NCBI GenBank assembly: GCA_002104905.1
Contig: MCFE01000100.1
Span: 62,001 to 126,000, forward strand
DNA length: 64,000 nt
Origin: Basidiobolus meristosporus CBS 931.73
Taxonomy: Eukaryota; Fungi; Basidiobolomycota
Direction of reading: 5' to 3'
Both the position numbers and the translations under genes were made by a program. The notes beneath the pieces are model-generated. The model saw only the letters and a program-made list of their open reading frames with translations, searched no databases and had not been told where the DNA came from. Numbering within the stretch: the first letter of the stretch is position 1; each line of letters opens with the position of its first letter. Shown here in pieces: positions 38,330 through 48,500 of this stretch.

Positions 38330-41173
38330 AACAATCATAAAAAAAATGACAAGGACACTTTATGGAGCCAGGTATGCCCAGTAATCCATCTACTGGTGAA
38401 TGATGTGTTTCTGTGACTATAGAAATGGCATGTTTCCACCAATATCAGTAGCAGGGGCTTTGAGGAGTTACTCCTATTTGTTGCCAAAATCATCTCAGGA
38501 TGCAACCCATTGTATACATGGAGTTTATGGACTACTGTCATATGGTGGGCAACATATGACCCACATACTGTCCTTATATCTGCATGTGCTAACAATTGCA
38601 TGGTATTCACTTCAGAAAGTGCCACCATTGAAAGGTGTCCACATTGTCAGGAATCCACTACTGTTGGGGGAAAACATTGTTGACACTCTGGTTCTATTCC
38701 AATAACTCCCCATCTAAAGAAGTGCATGCAGTCCAACACAAATTGTGAAGCTATAAAGTACCACACTGAATATCTATCAAGTGCAAACCTCCCAAATATA
38801 TTTGATTGAAAATATGATCAACAACTAAGTAGCAAGGGCTACCTTGAAGGTATATAAGACCATGCCTTTGCCTTGGCACATGATAGATTCTCAACAAAGA
38901 AGTACTTTACAAGCAAATCCTGCTGACCGTTGATTCTCATCAACTGGACTCTGCCACCTATCTTACAGCATCAGTGCAAATATCTAATGGTAGTCTCACT
39001 GGTATATTGGCCTAAATCATCATCCAACTGGAACAGCTACCTGTATCCATTGCTGGATGCACTTTGTATGCTTTGACACAGGATACTAATCAATGGACAT
39101 CTTGCCAAAGTGCATATTATTTTGGAGATATTGCAGCCATCAGTAAGATAGCTGGCTTATCTGGGCGCAATGGATGGTATTGCTGTCAAATGTGTGAGAT
39201 CAAGGGGACTTACTGTCATAATCACATAACACCCCTGGTCTCCAGTTATCTAGCCAAATCAAGTCAGTGAAGAAATCCCAGTTCCTTCTAGAAAGTTCTA
39301 CTACATTCTAGCAACCTCTTGAAAGCTCCAAGTTACATTACAAAATGAAACATTCTATGAAAGCTTCCCATTAAGATTTATGTAGTCCCATGCCATATAT
39401 GGTAGCTACATTTCACATGACCTAGTCACATGATCAGCTGACCCCTGACATATCTTCAGGTGATATTCCAGTCTGTTCTTTAGTATATTCTATCTTGGCA
39501 CACTTACTGTGCCTCACCCCAGAACCCCATCAGTATTAGCCAATATTTCTTGGCATCTGTATTGCCAAAAAGTATGTATAGTTCTATCCCCCCTTATGTA
39601 TTCCTCAGTCTGATAAACACAGGTCTTGAATAAACAGCCTTGCCTTGGAAATCTGCCTTGCCTTGTTGATCCACACCTAAGTCCTTTCCTGGTCCTGCCT
39701 TGCCTAGCCCTACTCTCTTGCCTTGTGTCTATTCATAACACTTACTCCATAACTCACATTCATTATTATTATCAAAACACCAACACAAAGATCATCAATT
39801 TTCCACAGAGAGATGAACAGTAGTCAGTATGCAAATGCAGCAAAGTTGGCAAGCTATAAGCCATCTGCCAGAATATGGAGATAACCGGAAGCAAGAAATA
39901 CTTAAGATAGAGGGTATCTGTTGAAGCAAAAGCTTTCCACTGGGAGCAATGCATTTGCTTTTCAGCAATATCCCTATTCTGATAACCAAGCTCTACATGG
40001 GCATTCCAAGCTAAATGAGCTCTTTGAAGTACCATAGAAATTTTAAATTCAACAACTTCAAAGGTATTGGCAAGATACTACAGAGTATCTACTACCCTAA
40101 GTACTTCTCACAAGTACCAACCAATATTTGTACATATATATGATAATACAAATGCAAGGACTGGATCAACTGGATATACATTTATTGAAGTGGCCTTCTG
40201 AAGCCATTTCTACGAAGAGCACATTTGAAGTACTGGGAGTCATATGTGGACATTGTATGAGTAAATATCCAAAAGCAGATCACCAATGACAACTTGATGC
40301 TTCTACTGCCTTTGTGCAAGGAGTTTGTGACAGGATTTGAGCAGCTATACTATAAGCATTAAGCTGAATACCTGGATCTCTGCTGCTACTGTGTTCATTC
40401 TCTACTCCATCTAGTTTGGTGTGGGGAGAATATTGGACTATACTTCACCTTTTTGGAGCCTCCTATGGAGCAGATGTATGGGTAAATAGTAAGACAAGTC
40501 ATGATGCAGGTACTATAGTATCCCGATTTCATCAAGAATATTGCCTTCATGTCCATCATGGATGTGATGAGTTAGCACATGGAGGACAGCCCAGAAGAGT
40601 TGGAAAATACTGAGGACAGATGTGCATGTGGAGACACCTATGCCTATTGCATTAAGAAGCTACGCAGCCCCAATGAGTGGGTGATCAGTTAAGTAATGCA
40701 AAGTTGGGTTTTGTACAACAAGCAACTGATTCTTATTAGGACAACTTGACCAAAGTAAGCTGGGTTTCTCTTGATCACAATCTGATTTCTATACCTTTGA
40801 TATAGTGTTCATAAGAATATAGGTCAGAGCTTACCAATAGGGGGGACTAGAATCCAGAAGAGAGAAGGAATATATTTGCTAATTACCAAAATGCTCCTTC
40901 CTGATATTCAAGAGGTGTTTATGGCAAAATTGGCAGCAATCAAACATATGATTGTAAGATGCATATGTTACAGGTAATACAAGGAATATAGCAACTTTGG
41001 AAGTATTGCACTCAAAAGCCAAAAAATTTAGGTGATAGAAGTGTGTCAAATGCTTCTGGGGTGTTTGTTGTGGTTGTGAAGAGGTACTGTTTGGAGAAGC
41101 TACATAAATCTTGGTGTATGGGATGTCTGTTGGGTGCAATAACCATGAGGTCTAAACTGCTGGTGTCTTTGTC
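38330..41173 (+). pseudogene. Long CACTA/EnSpm transposase fossil, with internal deletions or insertions
   Basis: YFGDIAAISKIAGLSGRNGWYCCQMCEIKG (39064-39270). EFVTGFEQLYY...CVHSLLHLV...FWSLPMEQMYG (40320-40470) matches the H.LLH...W.FPMER C-terminal motif of EnSpm-type transposases. Confidence 0.75.
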
Positions 41174-41307
41174 AATAGACTTGTTCCATTGTACTGTGCC
41201 AGGGCATGTGGCACAATCCGTAGATTCAAAGAACAATTGGGCACAAAATTGTAGCTACCAATAGGCAGGATTGCTCTTTGGCAATTTTGCACCGTGTGGG
41301 ATGATCT

Positions 41308-41656
41308 TGTTGTAAGAGTCTTGGAGATATTGGAAGTGATTTGGAGAACAAGTAGATTATGTGGTTTTCACTTAATGATTTATTGAATGTAAAAGTAGTA
41401 TTTATACTTTTACCTGGTCTTGGCATTACAAACACGTAGAATAGGTTAAGGAAGGTCCGAAGAACATGTGTGCAAAGTTTGGGGCTGTTTGGACAACTTT
41501 GAGAATTTTCATGTTCTGGGTACCTGGAATTTTGGTGAAATTATTCCAAGTAAATCCCAACAAGGAATTTGGTCAGTATTCTCTAGGATTTGAAGGTGAT
41601 GATCTAAGTGACTAAGTTAGGTGAATATTTAGGTGGAAATACAAATTCTTACAACA
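41308..41656 (-). mobile_element. Solo LTR of copia family A, TSD GATCT
   Basis: 349 bp TGTTG...CAACA. GATCT at 41303-41307 and 41657-41661. Nearly identical to the LTR at 54058-54406. Confidence 0.97.
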
Positions 41657-41753
41657 GATCTTGCACACTATGGCACATTCTGACACAATGAGGTTGGCAC
41701 AAATGATTGCACCCACTTGTAATGTTTGCATCACGTGCGCAATCAGATACTGC

Positions 41754-42824
41754 TGTAGTGGGGTGACAGTGACACCCACTGACAGATGTGCTCATTCCCT
41801 TATTTTCTACTTCCCTATATCTCTACTACACTTATTTTAGTTTTATCCCATTTGTCTTACCCAATCAGTACTATCCCATAAGCTGGTTGACTATCACACT
41901 TGCTTACCTTATTGCATAAGTTACCCCTTACTTTATGTAAGATTACTAGCTAAAAGTGCTACTATATTAGGCAAGTACACACGCCAGTACCTGTGACATA
42001 TGATCAACCCATGTCACCATCCCTACCATTTCCATACCATATATGGTATCCCTATGTTACACAGGTTTTAGAGTACTGATTCCTGATTGGTTGGATGTGC
42101 TGTGCCTCTTAGAGCCTTCCAGGACCTACCTAGAACATTCTTAGGTTGTTCTGATGTCATTAAGATTTCTACTGATAGCCGGAACCTTCTAGAACGCCAT
42201 GATAAATAATCACTTAGCCAGTAAGAAAAGTATATAAGGGAGGCTATCCCTCAACAATAAATCATCATCCCTTTTATCAATATTCCAACTTGTTGATTAG
42301 TGTGATCACTGCTACCTGCTGTTACCTGAACTTCCAACCCTAGACCACAGGACACTCCCAGGAAACCGTGCTGACAGCCAACTGACCTTGGAGGCACTAC
42401 TTGTGAGGGATACTCAGAGTAGGTATCTTTTATTATATTTGATTCTTTCCCAAGTTTGTTCTTGTACAGCCAAAGATACTTTTCTGTATTTGTAACTATT
42501 GACCACAGCTGCATTCTTATCAAGTCCCTGCTGGTGGAGTTTACTGTTATTTTGACTTTGGAAGCTTTAGTATATTGTCATCTCAAAGAATGCTGAACCC
42601 AGCACATACTTTTGTTAAGACGCCAACTAAGTTGGGGATTGTAGCTCAATAGTTTTCCCTTGACAAGCTTGTGGCTTTATTCCCCTTCACATTAGATTAG
42701 AGACAGAACCTAAGTATTCCTAGCAAGCTTTTGCCAGAGGTTATTGCACCCAGTGAACACCCCACACACAAAACACTTAAGAAGTGCTGGACATATCTCT
42801 CCCTTGAACCTATACACCACCACA
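41754..42824 (+). mobile_element. Solo 1071 bp gypsy-type LTR
   Basis: TGTAGTGG...CCACCACA; colinear with and the same length as 52390-53460. No PBS or PPT next to it and no clear TSD (ACTGC/CCACT). Confidence 0.88.
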
Positions 42825-43461
42825 CCACTATTATGGTAGGTAAACTCTGGTATTTGGATATGTTTCTTTAATGTAAATGGAAATAAATGCATACCACACT
42901 ATACACTACACTGATACTTACCATTTTGGGTACCATCCCTCCAATTGGATGGTATCACAGTGGTTAATTGATCCAAGAGTTTCCTGAAGCTGTCAGCCCC
43001 CAATTAGCTCTTTGACAAATACACAAGCTACCTGGTTTGCCATCAAATATTCCATTTTGCCCATTAAGCAAGTAAGTCCCTGATCCTAGTGATTGGACAA
43101 GGTGTCATAGCTAGCATGTGACCAATTGTATGGGTGCAAATCAGATCAAATAGCTGCACTGGTGCCACAGATGATGTATACATATGCAGGGTGTTTATTT
43201 ATAGGGGTCCTGTCTCAAATGTGAGACAACCTTAATATTGCTCATATTAAAAATTTAGTGATCACTGATTTGCAATGCTCAATGCAGATTGCAAAAAAAA
43301 TGCGTTGTTTGGATCATTACAAATAATAGCAATTCAATGCAATTGCATCATCTTCTCCTAGGCTTTTTTCCAACAGGGATTACTACTGAAGTACTTGGTA
43401 GTGATTCACTTTGCACACCTAAGCTACTTTCTTGTTGACTATCCTCTTGGCTACTTGTGTA

Positions 43462-44386
43462 TTAGTAGTCAGTATTTTGCCTCCTAGTTGATGAGTGCAA
43501 TGCTGCAGCTTGGCCACACTGGATTGCTCCAGATGATGCAACTGAACTGGCCTGCAGTGCTATGTGCTGACATGTTCTTTTACTTGCCAAAGGCTCTGGT
43601 GGTGGAGGTACTTCATGTGGGTCATCATCCGTCAGTTCACCAGAAGAAACTTGCTGATGGTCAGGTGTAATGGCATGTGCAACACAACTTGATGCGCTGG
43701 CATGGCCCTTGGCTGAGTTTGATGTGATACCGCTTGTTGACACAACTTGGCCTGCTCCAATGGACTTATGTCTTTTTGAGCAGTTTGGCAGGTTCTGGTG
43801 GTTTTGCCCTGAAGCACACACATTGACCTGATATGCATTGAGTCTATGCAGGGTGCTCTTATGAAGGGTGCTGGTGTAGTTTGGACTGATGTGCGCTGGC
43901 ATGCTGAAGTTGCTAGGGATGGTAAGGAATCCAGCAAGGCATGCTGACACAATCTAGACAATGTTGCTTGCGGTCTGTATTCTCCCTCTTGAAGCTCACC
44001 TTCTGATTCCTCAAGGTATGCACTTACCCTCTGTCAAATACTTTGCAACTGTTGCCTGGATGAGTCCTGTGTATATTGCTTCAGAAGCCATTTAGCTCTA
44101 CTAATATTTCAGGTAATACATTAGCCATTTGAGGCAAGAGCTCATTCAAAATCTCTTTAGGTCCCAAAGTCAAGGCACAAACGGATGCATCCAGCCCATA
44201 CTGTGCTAATTGTGTGCAAAATTGTTCCCGCATGGCTTCCTCATCAAATCCTCTCACTCTCAGCTCATTCTTGATTTCAATACTTGTCTTGTTATATATC
44301 CTCTTACATACATCTGCTGGCATCTTGATGTAGAACTCATGCCACATCTTTCTACTCAGGTTCTTCCATCTCTGTTGACTCTCCAA
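43462..44386 (-). pseudogene. Second ORF of the PHIS element, apparently frameshifted or with stops
   Basis: ORF pieces 44081-44386 (MESQQRWKNLSRKMWHEFY...), a linking frame (WLLKQYTQDSSRQQLQSI*QRVSAYLEES) and 43632-43961/43462-43950. Divergent from the transposase and inside the TIRs. No domain recognised. Confidence 0.5.
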
Positions 44387-44951
44387 GGTATCTAGCTCTG
44401 CTGGATTAATGAGTAGTGCCTAAGTATCTGTATGAAGGCTGATCATAAACACTTGGGCCATACTAAAATCATTTGGCAAGAACTTGAACAAATCTGACAT
44501 TGCCTTTTCCAGTCCAGACCATGCTTGTGAGCTGGGGGATGGGTTTTGTCTGGGTTGAACTAATGATGAGTTTAGACTTGGTATAGGGACCATAGTTATG
44601 GACTTGGATACCTATGCAGTAGTGTATTGGCATTAACCTGGTCTTATATGATATATATATGAAAACTAATGTGATTGTTGAATTTTCCATACATTATGCA
44701 TGATGCATCTTGGATTGCATTGTCACAGATCAGATCACATCAATTGCAGATTTCCTATTTGATTATGGACCTGTGAGTAAAACATCAATAAAAATACCCA
44801 GTCATTGTTTGAGGATGATGTTTGCAACATAATGATGGGATACATGACATTTGATGGAGATTTAATCATAATGCATGGAAAATCAGATAAATAAAGCTGA
44901 TTGCGCCAAATCAAATCTAATCATCTCAGCCCAATCCTTACCAATTCTAAT

Positions 44952-45836
44952 ATGACTTACTCATCTGAATGGTCTTTTCTCATCAATCCCATCACTACCA
45001 CTGGATTTCCTTTTGACACACTAGAGGAGATCTATACCAAGTACTATGGTCCATTTACCCCAATCTACTCAAGGAGATCCCTTCTTAAGCTTCTCTTCTA
45101 TTACAAGAACTATTGCCCTACAAGGTTTCATCCCACCATCCATGGCAACAACAGTCCTAGAAGCTTTCATTCCCAGCTGACAGCAATGGAGAACCACCTT
45201 GCAGGGGGTATGAATGACTTAGAGCAAGCTTGGAGTACCAGGTTTAGAAGCTCCAATAGACATCCATATCCCAGAGTGTTCAGCAACAGGTTTCATATAA
45301 GGAGTATTTTGGATACCTTCCCAGTCAGGATTAACAGACCTTCTAGAGGGCAGAGGAACTTTTATTCTGGCAAGTACCAGGCACACTGTGTGAAGTTTCA
45401 AGCACTGTCTGATATTGAGGGTAACATCATCTGGTTTAGTGGGCCATTTGCTGGAAGTAGGCATGACAAAGCACTCTGGGTAGTGAATCATCCTGAATTC
45501 AGTAGAGGGGAAAAATGTATGGCAGACTTAGCTTATATAGCGGAGGATTGTCAGAGATTAGGATGTATTACAGCTTATAGGAAGCCAAGGAATGGTGTGC
45601 TTAGCAGGAAGCTGAAGCTCTACAATGAGATATTTAATCATTTCAGAGTGAGGGCAGAGCATACATTTGGATATCTGAAGAGATTCAGCATATTGGCAGG
45701 TAAATACAGAGGAAAGTCATATGTAGGAGAAAACAGCAGAATAGGTAAAATAGTTAAGATACTTATCAATGAACAGTATATTCATACAAGAAGACATCCA
45801 CTGAGAGAAATGTATCTGGAGCATTATGAAGAGTAA
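44952..45836 (+). CDS. PIF/Harbinger-type DDE transposase (DDE_Tnp_4-like), 294 aa, uninterrupted
   Basis: Motifs ILDTFP, FYSGKYQAHCVKFQ, GPFAGSRHD, MADLAY and YNEIFNHFRVRAEHTFGYLKRF give the D-D-E triad of HARBI1/PIF-like transposases. First ATG at 44952; the ORF track starts at an upstream TTG (44901). Confidence 0.9.
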   Translation: MTYSSEWSFLINPITTTGFPFDTLEEIYTKYYGPFTPIYSRRSLLKLLFYYKNYCPTRFHPTIHGNNSPRSFHSQLTAMENHLAGGMNDLEQAWSTRFRSSNRHPYPRVFSNRFHIRSILDTFPVRINRPSRGQRNFYSGKYQAHCVKFQALSDIEGNIIWFSGPFAGSRHDKALWVVNHPEFSRGEKCMADLAYIAEDCQRLGCITAYRKPRNGVLSRKLKLYNEIFNHFRVRAEHTFGYLKRFSILAGKYRGKSYVGENSRIGKIVKILINEQYIHTRRHPLREMYLEHYEE

Positions 45837-46059
45837 ATAAAGCAAGGAAACACTACTCTGAGCAACATAAGTAAGATTGAGTAAAATTACCAGTAACTAT
45901 AACATACCACTGGCATGATGGTAGAAATTATAGAGCCAGATAGTGCCAAATTGATCCGGCACTATAAACAGGCTGGTACCATGTGGCACTATCCAACAGA
46001 ACAAGTCTAATATGTTACAATGGTAAAAGCTCCTGCTACTCTAGCTTGCAAGGTGCTTC

Positions 46060-47050
46060 AAGTGTCTCCAAAGGCCTCTGAGTTCTCTGTGCACTACCCT
46101 GAGCAGCTCCCTGATGGCAGGTTGGAGGTGTAACTGTTGAAGGTAGGTATAGTGATCAACTGCTAATCAACAAGGGAGAAGTGTTACTGATAGTGGGGAT
46201 GATTTATTGATAAGGGATTGACTTCCCTTAAAATACTTTGACAGATTGCCAAGTGGTTACTAATGACAAGGTTAAAGAAGATTCCATTAGTGGAACTCAG
46301 GATGACATCACTATGAGCTAGAAATACTCCAAGAAGGTCTTGGAAGGTTCTGAAAGTCACAGTACATCCAACCAATCAGGGATCAGTAGTCTAAGAACTG
46401 TGTAGTAAAGAGATACCATATAAGGTATTGGAATGGTATGGATGGTACCACAGACTTGGGTCATGAGTCACAGGTACTGATGCAGGTAATTGGCTAATGC
46501 CAGTTCATATACTTGATGCAATGAGTGGGACTAAAACATCTTGGTGTATGATAAGATTCCCTAGCCAGTTGGGGTAAATTGTGACCACACCTACAGTTGT
46601 GTCTAATTGGTCATTTGCTAGCTGTACTTGAATGATATTGTTGGGAACTATTTCTAACTTTATTTGTTTTGCCAATGACTCTGCCATGATCAGCATAGAG
46701 GAACCTGTGTCAATGAGGGTAAGAATCTCCTTATTCTTAAACTATCAAAAAAAATATAACCCAGATTTCATCACAATAATACAAAAGTGGCTTTTGAATA
46801 GTTTTCTGACAATTTTCTCACTCTCTGATCCTGAACACTCTATCACCTTGTACATTTGTGTGCATTGATTGGCTATTGCCTCTTTTTTACACTTCTTACT
46901 TCCTGACTCAGCTGTTTCTCTTACTTTTCAAGCATATAATTGATTTATATCTGTTAAAACTTCAGTTGTACCACAATTGCCAATTGCATTGTCCTATGCA
47001 GGTTCCTATACCCTATACTAACATTAAGTGCAACCCCACACTGAAGAAGT
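46060..47050 (-). mobile_element. Gypsy remnant: retropepsin fragment plus a diverged LTR-like segment
   Basis: Minus strand reads EILTLIDTGSSMLI at ~46690-46730. 46080-46500 is a diverged reverse complement of the 1071 bp LTR interior. Confidence 0.6.
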
Positions 47051-47099
47051 AACTCCATTAAAATCCAGCACTCAATGGGTATTTCAGCTGTAACACTCT

Positions 47100-48500
47100 G
47101 TTTCCATGACCTTGGTGGGAACCCTACATCTTTATGCCACTATTCATTCACTTGTTCCCATATGTCCTGGTCTTCAGCCAGCACTGCAAGGTCTAGCACC
47201 TCATCTGCCAGTATTTGCAATAAATCCTTGCAATATTCAAGTGTGTTTTCTTGAGCACTGATCTTGAGAAGTGCTGTGACCTCTTGATGTGCCTATTAAT
47301 GTTCCAAAATTCCTGAGAAGACATTGTGGTAGTCTTTTGAGTTGTTGGCATTGTCACTTTGTTTGTAGTGAGATCTCCACTCTGTCAACAATGATGCATA
47401 TGGAGGCTGTTGTAGACAAACCCTATGAAAAAACTTGGTCCTGCAGGTGGTTCTGATTTGGATGAGCCATCAGGAGACTATTATAATACCAGCAGCTTGG
47501 AATTAATGGCCTTCTACGCAAACGTATGACAGGATTACAACAGTTTTTGGCTGATTTTACCACCAAATAATGTTAAAAAACACAATAGTGTTTGGGTGGT
47601 GTATTGCTAAGAGTTGCATGGAATTGTTGCGGTCTTAATGCACTCTACAACTATTTGAGTGGATTTAACTGGCAGTACATTCAATTCACTTATATGGCCA
47701 GAAACTTGACAGTGTTTTGATGGCCTCATTCCAAGCCTCTGATGATATTATCATGGCAGTACGGTGGCCTACTGCTAGTTCTATATAATGCTACCATACC
47801 AGTATAGCAAGTGGTATTTCCTTTATCTGCCTCCCCTTGTGCAATTTATATATTTTGCTGTTGAGTCAGCCCTCTTTATTTCCTGGCCCACTACCACCTT
47901 GGGTATTCCACATATAGTTTAAATCAGAGAAAACTATGGCCTCCTGCTTACTAACCTCTACAAACATACACACCTGCTATAATTGACATACTTCTATCAC
48001 CACAACTTTACAGATTTTTGGTGTGATACTTGCAAAGTTGAAATATACCTTGTACTGCTGGTAACATATACATCTTGCAAACATATGCTTGGTTACCTCT
48101 ACTTCTGCCATGAATACCTCCTGAATATCCACAAAGAACTTTTTGGTATTTAGCAAATATGTTCCTGCTCCCTTCTGGATTCTAGTCCCCCTTGAAGGTG
48201 AGTTCTGGCCCTTGTTTGTGTGAATTTTGTATTGAATGGTATAGCAATTGGCTTGTAACCAATAGAAACCTGGCATACCTTGGTAGAGTTTTCCTAATAA
48301 AAATCAGTTGCTTGTTGCACTCAGCCCAACTTTGCATTACATAACTGATTACCCACACATTGGGGCTGCTTAGCTTCTTAATTCCATAGGAATAGGTGTC
48401 TCCATGTGCACATCTGTCCTCACTATTGTCCAACTCTTCCTGGAAAAGTGTAATGAAACTTTTGAATGAGTTAACTGAACCTATATGACAACTAAGCACA
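47100..48500 (-). repeat. Old DNA-transposon (CACTA-associated) repeat fragments
   Basis: 48180-48420 is the reverse complement of 40620-40860. 47140-47330 is the reverse complement of the flanks of the copia B element at 32479-37368, and is also seen at ~21340. Confidence 0.6.

Larger units (their letters stand above)
41177..46008. mobile_element. PIF/Harbinger-superfamily (PHIS, Pangu-like) DNA transposon, TSD AAT, two divergent ORFs, two nested solo LTRs
   Basis: TIR AGACTTGTTC at 41177 and GAACAAGTCT ending at 46008. AAT at 41174-41176 and 46009-46011. Encloses a DDE_Tnp_4-type ORF. Confidence 0.9.

Noticed and set aside
42251-42523. Similar ~90 aa minus-strand ORFs at 42251-42523 and 52887-53159
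   Set aside because: Both lie in copies of the same LTR and start at non-ATG codons. The similarity follows from DNA homology. The same applies to the ORFs overlapping copia LTRs and foldback arms.
43185-43235. Short palindrome TGTCTCAAATGTGAGACA resembling a Tc1/mariner end
   Set aside because: No partner terminus or TA-flanked element was found.
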